The translations under genes were made by a program, and so were the position numbers. From an uncultured Planctomycetaceae bacterium (GTDB lineage: Bacteria > Planctomycetota > Planctomycetia > Planctomycetales > Planctomycetaceae), in the NCBI GenBank assembly GCA_963815195.1, contig CAWFGE010000015.1:731227-795226 (forward strand): a stretch of DNA of 64,000 nucleotides, given 5' to 3'. The notes under the pieces were generated by a model, which saw nothing but the letters and a program-made list of their open reading frames with translations, searched no databases and was not told the origin of the DNA. The stretch's first letter is position 1, and every line of letters begins with the position of its first letter. Positions 1 to 9,528 of the stretch are shown here, in pieces.

Positions 1-930
1 GGCCCGGAACCGCCCACGAACAACGCTCCGCTCCGCGAAGGCAAGGGCCGGATTTACGAAGGCGGACAGCGCGTGCCGCTGATGATTCGCTGGCCCGGCA
101 AAATCGAGCCGGGCTCGATCACCAATGCCGTCGCGGGGCCGATCGATCTTTATCCGACGATCCTGGATGCGTTAGGCATAGCCAAACCCAAGTCGCAGAT
201 CATCGATGGGGAATCGCTGCTCCCGGTGCTCACAAACACCGGCGGCCTCAAACGCAAAGCCTACTTCACCTGGTTTCCGCATTTGATTCCCGCGGTCTCG
301 GTTCGGTGGGGCGATTGGAAACTCATCCGCCGGTTCGAGCCTCATCCCGACTATCCCGAGGTCCGCGAACTCTATGATCTCAAAAACGACATCGGCGAAA
401 CCCGCAATCTGGCCAAGGAGATGCCGGACAAGGTGAAAGAACTCGACGTTCTCATCGACCAGTTCGTGAAGGACACGGGGGCGCTTTATCCCAAACCGAA
501 CCCCGCCTTCGCGGAAACAGACATCACCGCCGGCCTCGTGCCCCGGAAGTGCAAGCTCGCCAAAGCCCGAGGCGCGATTCGCGTCGTCGGCGAAGGCCGG
601 CTGCCTTTCCTCGGCACCGCGGGCGGGAAACTCAGCGGCCCCGTCACGCTCAAACTCATCGCCCGCAGCACCGCCGGCGGCGAAGGCCGGCTCCAATGGA
701 AAACCAAGACCCAGGAAAGTTTCCCGAGCACCGGGCAGACCATGCCTTACAAACTCCCCGCCGGCGACGACTGGCAAGAGATCGAGGTCACGCTCCCGAT
801 CCAAGGGGACGCGGGAGTCATCCGCCTTTACCTTCCCGCCGAGGACACCGCCGTGGAGCTTCGGTCGATTCGCTACACGGATAAAACCGGCCGCAGCAAA
901 ACCTGGGATTTCTCGGGAATCGCGCCCTGA
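1..930 (+). CDS. Sulfatase (5'-truncated by window) with extra C-terminal domain
   Basis: Frame open from base 1: NNAPLREGKGRIYEGGQRVPLMIRWPG, IDLYPTILD, WKLI, ELYDLKNDIGE, all sulfatase C-half motifs. Confidence 0.9.
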   Translation, partial: GPEPPTNNAPLREGKGRIYEGGQRVPLMIRWPGKIEPGSITNAVAGPIDLYPTILDALGIAKPKSQIIDGESLLPVLTNTGGLKRKAYFTWFPHLIPAVSVRWGDWKLIRRFEPHPDYPEVRELYDLKNDIGETRNLAKEMPDKVKELDVLIDQFVKDTGALYPKPNPAFAETDITAGLVPRKCKLAKARGAIRVVGEGRLPFLGTAGGKLSGPVTLKLIARSTAGGEGRLQWKTKTQESFPSTGQTMPYKLPAGDDWQEIEVTLPIQGDAGVIRLYLPAEDTAVELRSIRYTDKTGRSKTWDFSGIAP

Positions 931-1217
931 GATTCCGAATCCACGCCGTCGCAGCCGTCGCGGAAAGCCAGCCCTTTCTCGTGCATGCCGCTTTGATACA
1001 TTGAAGGGCATTGATGCGTTTCCACGGTATGTGACTTGAAGTGCGCGAAAATCTTCTTTTGACCAAAACTGGACCTTGACATCTTATTTCCCGCCGGGTT
1101 ATGCTCGTGGAAATTGGATGCGTTGGTCCTGTTAAGCGGCCGCGCGTGGTCTTGGTTGGGTGTGCCCCTCTCTTTCGAAAGGATGAGCCATGATGAGAAG
1201 TTTTTCGCTGCGCCGGA

Positions 1218-1739
1218 TTGACGGCGGTGGTGTGCTTGACGCTGTTGACGACCGGTTGGATTGTGTCCGCGGAGCCGGCGAAGAAAAAGGAAAAAACTCA
1301 GCCTCCCAAAGCCGCGGTGGAGCGGACCCGCAAGACGGTGAAGATGCTCGACGACGTTTACAAGTCCGCGATCGTGCTGATCACCGACAAATATGTGAAT
1401 AGTGAAAAGGACTATCCCGCGGGAAGCGCGGCCATCGATTTGTTCGCCGCGATCCAGAAGAAAGGCTGGCACGAAGTCCGGCTGCTCGATGTCACGGGCG
1501 AGCCTTACGATCCCGAAAACGTCGCCAAGGACACCTTCGAAAAAGCCGGCGTGAAGCAGATGAAAGCCGGCAAGGATTATTACGAAGAAATCATCCAGAA
1601 AGACGGCAAGCCCTACTTGCGGGCGATGACCCCGGTTCCGGTGGTGATGCAGAAGTGCGTCATGTGCCACCCGCACTACGCCGATGCCAAAAAAGGCGAA
1701 GCCATCGGTGCCGTCAGCTATACGCTGCCGATCGAGTAG
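1218..1739 (+). CDS. Exported c-type heme protein (DUF3365/Tll0287-like)
   Basis: Hydrophobic N-terminus; single CVMCH heme motif near the C-terminus followed by GEAIGAVSY. True start may be ATG 1190 via an indel. Confidence 0.75.
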   Translation: MTAVVCLTLLTTGWIVSAEPAKKKEKTQPPKAAVERTRKTVKMLDDVYKSAIVLITDKYVNSEKDYPAGSAAIDLFAAIQKKGWHEVRLLDVTGEPYDPENVAKDTFEKAGVKQMKAGKDYYEEIIQKDGKPYLRAMTPVPVVMQKCVMCHPHYADAKKGEAIGAVSYTLPIE

Positions 1740-1746
1740 CCGGCGT

Positions 1747-3210
1747 TCAATCCGCTGTTTGCAACCGCCCGGCGACGGCGTCCATCGTCGGGCGGTCGGC
1801 GGCTTCGCTGGCGAGCATTTCGGCGAGCAGCGGCCGGAACGGGGCGGGCGCTTGGGCGGACAATTCCTCCGCGAGCGCCTCGCTTTGCAAGTGCACTAAG
1901 AGTTGGATGACATTGTTTTCCACAAGCGCCCGCCGCCCGGTGAGCATTTCAAACACAATCAGGCCCAGGGAGAACACGTCGCTTTCCGGCGATGCGGCTC
2001 CGCCCGTGGCTTGTTCGGGGGACATATAGGCCGGCGTTCCGGTGAGTCCCAAGGCGTTCGGGTCGTTCTCCAATAATGTGTCTTCCACATTGAAGGGATA
2101 TTGATCAATCGTGGTGGTGCGGTTGTCCTCGTACGCGAGTTCGCTTGTTTCAGGCATGGCGGGACCGGTCGCGGCGCGGTAGGTGCGGGCCAGGCCGAAA
2201 TCCAGAATCTTGACAAGATCGTTGGGCAGGACGATCACATTGGCCGGCTTCAAATCGCCGTGCACGATATTTTGCTGATGGGCCGCCGCCATTCCAGAAG
2301 CGATCTGGCCCGCGAGCGAACCCACCCGTTTGGCCGGGAGAGGCTGTTTTAGAACTTCGGTCAAATGCTGGCCGGAGAGCAATTCCATCGCGATGGAGGG
2401 CACGCCGTCTTCCTCGTCGACCGAATACACGGTGCAGATGTTGGGATGCGACAGGCGGGCCGCGGACCGGGCTTCGGCAAGCACGGCTTCGCGGGAGGTG
2501 GCGAGTTGGCGTTTGAGGATCTTGATCGCCACGTCGCGTTCGAGCCGCAGGTCCCACGCCGCGAACACGCTCCCGAACGTGCCGTCGCCGATCCGCCGGC
2601 GAATCCGGTAATGCCCCAGCACCTGGCCGGGTTTGAGGACGGCTTCGGGGTCGAGCGTGCCGTCGGCATTGGTCCACGAAGCCGGGCATAGCCCGCCGGT
2701 TTGGAGGGCATCGAGCACGCGGAGCACTTCGGAAGGACTGCGGCCCACGTTCAAGTTGTGGATCACCGCATATTGCAACACGCCGGCCGGGTCGATCACG
2801 AACAGGCCCCGCAGCGCCACCTGTTTGTCGCCGTCCCAAACGCCGAACGCCCGCGCCGCCTGGCCTTTGGGGTCCGACGCCAACGGGAATTGCAGCGGTC
2901 CCAACCCGCCTTCGTCGCGAGGCGTCTCCAGCCATTCCCGGTGCAGGGAAAGCGAATCCACGCTCACGCCCAGAATCTGGCAGCCGCGTTTTTGAAAGTC
3001 CACGTATTGAGCGCTGAAGGCCACGAGTTCGGTCGGGCACACGAAGGAGAAATCGCGGGGATAAAACAGGAGGATCACCCAGTCCCCGGCGAAATCGGAC
3101 AGCCGGACCGTGCGCGGGCTGGGACTTTTCCAATCGACGCATTCCAGCCCAAAATCCGGTGCCTGATGATTGACCACTCCCGCCACCGCCTGTCTCCCCG
3201 TGTCCGCCAA
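1747..3210 (-). CDS. 2-Cys peroxiredoxin (AhpC/Prx1-type)-Ser/Thr protein kinase fusion
   Basis: FYPRDFSFVCPTE, GGLG, LCPASW, then GDGTFG, VAIK, HGDLKPAN, DFG, GTPAYMSPEQ in one frame. Confidence 0.9.
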   Translation of the reverse strand: MADTGRQAVAGVVNHQAPDFGLECVDWKSPSPRTVRLSDFAGDWVILLFYPRDFSFVCPTELVAFSAQYVDFQKRGCQILGVSVDSLSLHREWLETPRDEGGLGPLQFPLASDPKGQAARAFGVWDGDKQVALRGLFVIDPAGVLQYAVIHNLNVGRSPSEVLRVLDALQTGGLCPASWTNADGTLDPEAVLKPGQVLGHYRIRRRIGDGTFGSVFAAWDLRLERDVAIKILKRQLATSREAVLAEARSAARLSHPNICTVYSVDEEDGVPSIAMELLSGQHLTEVLKQPLPAKRVGSLAGQIASGMAAAHQQNIVHGDLKPANVIVLPNDLVKILDFGLARTYRAATGPAMPETSELAYEDNRTTTIDQYPFNVEDTLLENDPNALGLTGTPAYMSPEQATGGAASPESDVFSLGLIVFEMLTGRRALVENNVIQLLVHLQSEALAEELSAQAPAPFRPLLAEMLASEAADRPTMDAVAGRLQTAD

Positions 3211-3424
3211 ATGTTAAAAAGGTCCGGCTCCCGGATTTTTCCGTCACTCGATTTTAGCGAGTTTCCGGCCGCGGTACAGATGTTGGGATCGCAGAATCAG
3301 GGCAGAATCTTGAAAGCCAGGGTAAACCGTATCATTCCTTCGCCCGAAGCGCAAATTTAGAAGTTGCGACTTTTAGCTGCGAAGCGGCGGCTGCAGATCG
3401 CCTTGGGCAGTAAGCCCAAGGATC

Positions 3425-3863
3425 TCAACCGAAGCGGATCGACCACAGGGTAAGGAGCACCAAAGGCACGTGCAGCGAGACGATGAGCCAGAACACGATC
3501 TGAAATTTGAGCTTTTGCGTCTTGTGCCGAAATGTCCGCTGGCCGATGAGTCCGCCCGGCCACCCGCCGAGAAACGCGAGCCATTGCAGCGTGGCTTCGG
3601 AAATCCGCCAGCGGTCCAGGGCGGCCCGGCGTTTGTCCAATCCGTACGCCGTAAAACACAGCACGCTTCCCAATACCGTCGCTCCCAAATACAACCCGAC
3701 CAGCCAAGGGCAACTCAGCGAATCCCAGCCGACGAGCCACACAAAAGAGCAGCGTCGCTACCGTCAGCCAGCCCGCGCTCCCCCACAAAACCCAGCGGCC
3801 GATCTTCCGCCGCCAGGCCTTCGGCAACGCCGCGTCTTTCGAGATCACAATATCCTGCGCCAT
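3425..3863 (-). CDS. DUF1294-family membrane protein (indel near 3745)
   Basis: YGLDKRRA..WRISEATL..GGWPGG..FRHKTQK signature; N-terminus lies in another frame across a T-run. Confidence 0.8.
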
Positions 3864-3967
3864 CAGCGGAGCCCCGTCTCCGAAGCGTAAGTGTCAATTG
3901 CTTAAACATCCCATTGTCGGGATTTTTCCCCGAAAGTCGAGTGCGTTTCGGATTCTGAAACGATTTA

Positions 3968-4083
3968 GAGCCGCGCACGAAGTCAGCGGATTGAATCGTG
4001 GATCCCGCTTACTGCGTGCGCGGCTCTTTTCTTCGTTTCGGATCCCGCTTACTGCGTGCGCGGCTCTTTTCTTCGTTTCGGAT
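3968..4083. repeat. REP-like palindrome (GAGCCGCGCACGAAGTAAGCGG family) with exact 40-bp tandem duplication
   Basis: 4001-4040 is identical to 4041-4080; inverted partner at 3968-3990. Confidence 0.85.
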
Positions 4084-4092
4084 TTCGGGTTT

Positions 4093-5795
4093 TCACGACC
4101 GGCGGTTGTTCAAGCGTTGGCGGTAATACTTCAGTCCGGGCAGGAAGAAGCACAGCGCGGAGACGATGCCGAACAGCGTCAGGCTCAAATTGGGGATGCC
4201 GTATTTTCGCGAGAGCATCGGAAACAGCGCCATCGGCAGCGCGGTGAGGAACAACGCAACGGCCTGAAAATAAAACATGCCCGAGAGGATGCCCGCTTTC
4301 ACCAGGAACACCATCCCGGAAATCAACCCCAGGACAGGCGAGAGTTCGAGCACCGGGAGGCCGAGGATCCATTCCACGAAATAAAGCCCGGTGTCCGCAA
4401 CCATGCTCGCCGCCCAGACGTGGGCGATTTGGCGTTCGACAAAGGTAATTGGGCCGGACCGCCGGCGGAGGTTCCAGAAGATCGCCGCCCAAATCCCCAA
4501 CCCGACGCACCACAGGCCCATGTAAGGCAGCCGCGATTCGATGTCCCGCAGTTCCATCCAATTCGTCACGATGGAGAGCCCCAACAGCACGAGGGCGTGC
4601 CACATCCATAATAGGCCCCAATTTTCGAGGACGCCCGCGTGATGCGTCTCGCGAAAGGCCCGGCTGAGAATTTGCGAAAACTGCGACGACCGCACCGAAG
4701 GCGTTTCGTGATTCTGCACCGCCCGCAGGTCCGCTTCCAAATCCGCCGCCGACGCGTACCGCAAGTCCGCCGGCTTTTGCAGGCACTTGAGTGCGATCAT
4801 TTCCAGATCGGGATCGGCGGTCTGGTTGAGCCAACGCGGCGGCAACGGATCCTGCTCGAGAACCAAGAGCACCGTATCCAAAGGCGAAGCCGCCTGAAAC
4901 GGCGCCCGCCCGGTGAGCATCGCGTACAAGACCGCCCCCAGGCTGTAAACGTCGGTGCGGGCGCTGAGTTCGCCCCGCTGGCCCGCGGCTTGCTCGGGGG
5001 CCATGTAGCCCGGCGTTCCCAGGATCGCCCCGCTTTGGGTCAGGCTCTGGGCGAACAGCGATTCCCCCGGCTCGCCGCCGTCCGAGGCCACCCGCTTGGC
5101 CAGGCCGAAATCCGTCACATAAGGCCGGCCCTGGTGGTCGATCAACACGTTGGAAGGCTTCAAGTCCCGGTGCAACACGCCCTGGCGATGGGCCTCGGCG
5201 ATCGCGTTGCAGATGGGGATCAAGAGTTCGATCGCCTCTTTCGTCGATAAGGGGCCGTCCACCAACCGCCGGGCGAGCGTCGTGCCTTCGACGAGCTTCA
5301 TGCTGAAAAACGGATGGCCGTTCTGCTCGCCGACTTCGTAAACCGGGACGATGTTGGGATGATTGAGCCTCGCGGCGGACTCGGCTTCCGCGCGGAACCG
5401 CCGGACATCCGTGGGCGTCGCCAAATCGGACCGCAGAATCATTTTGACGGCGACGATCCGGCCCAAGCTGATCTGCCGGGCGCGAAACACCACGCCCATC
5501 CCGCCGCGGCCGATTTCCTCCAGGAGTTCGTAATCGCCGAACCGTTCGCCGACGGGATTTTGAACGGAAGCCCGCGCCGCGGACGAAGCGGGCAGCATCT
5601 CCGGCGAGCAGATTTGCGTGGGGGCGCTCCGCCCGCGAAACTGCCGAAGCCCTCGGCGATCCTCGCGGTCGCGTACAACTCCCGCAGTTCGCCCGCGAGT
5701 TCGGGATGCTCCGCGCTCACCGCGGCCCAATCCGGCTCCTTCGAACCGGCCAAGAGTTCCTCCAGCACATTCGCCAATCGCTCTTCATGCTCCAT
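4093..5795 (-). CDS. Ser/Thr protein kinase with C-terminal multi-TM region (indel near 5620)
   Basis: GRGGMG, VAVK, HRDLKPSN, DFG, GTPGYMAPEQ; planctomycete-type N-terminus (HPELAGELREL) in the adjacent frame. Confidence 0.9.
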
Positions 5796-5954
5796 GTCGA
5801 ACGTCCACCCGCAAACCCCTCTTCGTTCGTCCGCGATCGTAACAATTTCGGCGAATGCTGGGGGCTGTGGCCGAGAGAGAAAAAACTCACACGGCCCCAG
5901 GCCTCGAATCTCCTTTTTTAATCTCCAAGAAACACACCATGCCAGGCACACAGC

Positions 5955-5990
5955 AAAAAAGCCCTCTGGGACGCACCAGAGGGCTTTTTT
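5955..5990. terminator. Intrinsic (bidirectional-type) terminator downstream of rpsU
   Basis: AAAAAAGCCCTCTGG-loop-CCAGAGGGCTTTTTT. Confidence 0.8.
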
Positions 5991-6014
5991 ATTACCTATC
6001 AATGCCGGTTATGG

Positions 6015-6215
6015 TCAGCCGTTGATTCCTTGGAGTTGAGAAATCCGGGCGCGGCGTTCGGCCCGGCGGCGGGAGCGGCGTTTCGTGTCGCTCGGCTTTT
6101 CATAATATTCGCGCCGCCGCATTTCTTTTTTGATTCCTGCGTGTTCCACCAACTTCCGAAACCGCTTCACCGCATCTTGGACCGATTCGTTCTCTCGCAG
6201 ACGCAACTTAACCAC
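6015..6215 (-). CDS. rpsU: 30S ribosomal protein bS21
   Basis: [27 protein letters not shown]. Confidence 0.95.
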   Translation of the reverse strand: MVKLRLRENESVQDAVKRFRKLVEHAGIKKEMRRREYYEKPSDTKRRSRRRAERRARISQLQGING

Positions 6216-6430
6216 AAACGGCTCCTTAACTTAAAATCACTTTGAATCGTCACGAAAAACCTCCCACCAATCGAGCCAGTTGACGAAAATGCAGGCCTCG
6301 TCAAAACTGCCAAGGCGCACACAACATGCGCCAGACGGGAATCGTCTCCGCCAACTATAGCAAATGGAGGGGAGATTGCAAATCTCCCGCAGCGAAGTTG
6401 TCCGCGTTGTTTTCGAGTTGGCCGGATGGC

Positions 6431-7780
6431 CTATCGTCTGTCTGAACTCGCCGGCGGCTGGGACTTCGAGCTGTCGCGGGAAAGGCGGGCGGCCGGCCAA
6501 TAGATGATCAGCACCGTCGCGATCGCGGCGGCGGCGATGGAGAAAAAGCCCCTGTAGTCGGCCCGCGAGGGGTCGTCCAGATGAAAATGCTGCCCCAACT
6601 TCCCCGCCAGCAGAAAGCCGATGGGCATCGCGACCCCCATCGTCACGAACGCGAACAGGTTCTGCGCGCTCGCCCGCAAGTCGGGCCGGCATTGGCGGTC
6701 GACGTACAACTGGATCACGATCACCAGATACACGTGGCACACCCCATGCAGCCCAATCCCGCAAAGCACAAGCCACATCGGAGTATCAATCGCGAACAAC
6801 GTGTACCGCACGACCCAGGCGAGCATGCCCAGCGCAAACGTGGCTTTGAGCTTCAACTTTCTGAGGCACAAAGGCAAGAGGATCAACGCGGGAAATTCGG
6901 AAATCTGGCCGACGGTCATCACGGCCGGCACCCAATGCCCGCTGATCCCCGCATTCTCCAGCAGCAGGGGCACCGCATAGCTGTAGGCAGGCACGATCAC
7001 CGCCAGGGCGAAACTCACGGAAATCATCAACGTGAACTGCGGGTTTTTGAACATCGACAACGTTTCGAGCGGGGCCACTTTGCCTTTCGACTTGCCGGTC
7101 CGTAAAGGCGGCGTCGCGGGCAGCAGGATGCAAAAGCTGCTCAGCATAAACGACAAAATCGCCGCGATCCGGAACGAGTCGGCACTCGTGGGCCGGCCGA
7201 ACCGGCTCAGAAAGGCTTGGTATTCGTCGATGATCGCCCGCTGGTTCGGAAAGTTTGCATACAGCCACTTGAGCGCATCGTCCTGTCCCAGCCACAAGGA
7301 CAACACGACCCCCGAAAGCACCCAGCCCACCGTGCCCCAGATGCGGACTTTGCTGAATTGCGAATCGGGATCGGGCAGATGCCGAAACGAGAGCGAACTC
7401 GCCAAGGGGATCGTGGGGAAATAGGCGACGGCGTAAATCGACACCAACAGCAACAAGACGGCGAAGTTGTCCTGCGTCTCGCGGTGGATTTCCGCGGCCA
7501 AAGGGACGCATAAAAGCGTCAAGCCCCCGACCAGATGGGCCATCGCCAGGTATTTGTTGCTGGACAGCCAGCGGTCGCAGATCTGCCCGACAATGAGCGG
7601 AGCGGCAAGCAGGCCGACGGCGGAGACGGCCATCAGTTGCCCGAGCTGCTCCGAGCTGACCTGGTGTTCGGTGAAGTACAAGGGCAGATAGGTGAGGATG
7701 GCCCCGGTAATCCCCCATTCGAGCGCCCACAGCACCGAAAGCCGCCATCTCAAATGCCAGGGCAGGGCTTCAGACATCAC
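6431..7780 (-). CDS. MFS transporter, nucleoside:H+ symporter (NupG/XapB-like)
   Basis: FSKVRIWGTVGW, GQISE, GLHGVC, RASAQ motifs; many TM segments. Confidence 0.8.
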   Translation of the reverse strand: MMSEALPWHLRWRLSVLWALEWGITGAILTYLPLYFTEHQVSSEQLGQLMAVSAVGLLAAPLIVGQICDRWLSSNKYLAMAHLVGGLTLLCVPLAAEIHRETQDNFAVLLLLVSIYAVAYFPTIPLASSLSFRHLPDPDSQFSKVRIWGTVGWVLSGVVLSLWLGQDDALKWLYANFPNQRAIIDEYQAFLSRFGRPTSADSFRIAAILSFMLSSFCILLPATPPLRTGKSKGKVAPLETLSMFKNPQFTLMISVSFALAVIVPAYSYAVPLLLENAGISGHWVPAVMTVGQISEFPALILLPLCLRKLKLKATFALGMLAWVVRYTLFAIDTPMWLVLCGIGLHGVCHVYLVIVIQLYVDRQCRPDLRASAQNLFAFVTMGVAMPIGFLLAGKLGQHFHLDDPSRADYRGFFSIAAAAIATVLIIYWPAARLSRDSSKSQPPASSDRR

Positions 7781-7857
7781 GCGCGAAATCTCCCGAGGCC
7801 GAGTTGTCCCACCTTATCGAACGCACAATCTGGGACTTGGGATCACGAGAAACCGCC

Positions 7858-9251
7858 TCACCCGTCCAAGGCCCCGCTGTGCCGCTCTTTGGGATCTTCG
7901 GGAACGTTCTCCGCATACGCATCCGCGACCTCGCCCTCGCTGACCGCGGCGATTTTGGCGTCGTCATGGAAGAGCACCAAAAACAGGACCATAATCACCC
8001 CCGCAAAAATGGCGCAGAACTGCCAAATCGCGTCCCAGTTGTAGGTGTGGAGCAGTATTTCGCTATCCTGTTTGTTGGCGTTGACGACGCGCTGCATGAT
8101 TTGCGCCCCCAAACCGAGCCCGATGCCTTGCGTCATCAGCACCAAAAAGCCCTGGGCCTGTCCGCGAATGTGCCGGGGGGCCTTCTTATCCACGTAAATC
8201 TGTCCCGTCACGAAGAAGAAGTCGTAGCAGATCCCGTGCAGAATAATGCCGAACAGAATCATCCACTTCACGCCATCGTCAGCCGCAAGGGAAAACAGAC
8301 CGTACCGCACTACCCAGGCCAGCATGCCCGCGAACAGCATCCATTTCACGCCCAGCCGGGCAAAAAACAGCGGCATCACGAGCATGAAAAAGATTTCGGA
8401 CATCTGCCCGAAGGACATGTTGAACGCCGGGTCCTGAAAACCCGCATGATTCACGAACACCTGGGCAAAAGCATAATACGCGGCGAGCGGAATGCAGATC
8501 AAAAGCGAACTCATCATGAACATGAAGAACGACCAGTTCTTCATCAACGCCAGCGAGTCCAGTCCGAGAATATCGCCAACGGTGGCCTTCTGACCCGCGG
8601 ACGGTGGCGGCGTGTGGGGCAGGGTGAAGCTGTATACTCCCAACGCGATCGCTGCGCCCCCGGCAATCTAGCAGCGTGATGGGCCTGTTCGTCCGCGTGC
8701 AAAACCCGGCTCACAAGAACATTGGCCACGATCCAGCCGATCGTCCCGAACACGCGAATCAGCGGGAACTGTTTTTCCGGATCGGTAATGTTGTGAAAGG
8801 CCAGCGTGTTCGTCAGCCCCAGCGTCGGAATGAAGCAGAGCATGTGAGCGAGCAAAATGCCAACGAACGGCAAATGCGCGGGATTGATCCAGTACTCAAG
8901 AGCCTGCTTTTGCGGATCGATGCCTTGGGCTTCCAAGTCCTTCGCGATCGCGGCCCAATTCTCCACAGAGAGGTCGGCCATCATCGGGGCGAGCAGCAAT
9001 GCGATGCCGCCCAGCAAGTGCATCGCCCCCAACACGCGTTCGGTGGCGAAATAGCGGTCCGCAATCATCCCTAAAAAAAACGGCGAGATGATGGCAGCGA
9101 TCGGTCCCACGGTATAGACCCAGCCGATCGATTCCGCCATGCCCAGGGCGGTCATGTAATTTCCCACGGTCACATACCAAGAGCCCCAGATGAAGAACTG
9201 CAGGAACATCATCACGGACAGGCGCGGGCCGACGGCGGCGGGTTGGGACAT
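7858..9251 (-). CDS. MFS nucleoside permease (NupG-like), split by indel(s) near 8640-8680
   Basis: RLSVMMFLQFFIWGSW, FPLIRVFGTIGW, GQMSE, LHGICYDFFF in two overlapping ORFs. Confidence 0.85.
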
Positions 9252-9528
9252 GGCAGCTTCCTTCGGTTCAATGGCGGTCGTTCAACGGGTGCAACAGCCG
9301 AATTCCCGGTTCGGAAAAACAAGGATTCGCTGCCGTGATGATGCCGATTCCCCGGCCATTGGGCAACCGTACCGCACCGGAACTCCCGAAAAACCCCGGC
9401 GTTTCTGCGATTTCGCCCGACCCGCAGCCGCAACACCCGCCCAACCCCGCGCCGGATTGCATTTGCCTCCGCAGCCTGCCATCATTTCCCGTGACATTGA
9501 TAGTTAAACCACGACAACGGAACCGACG

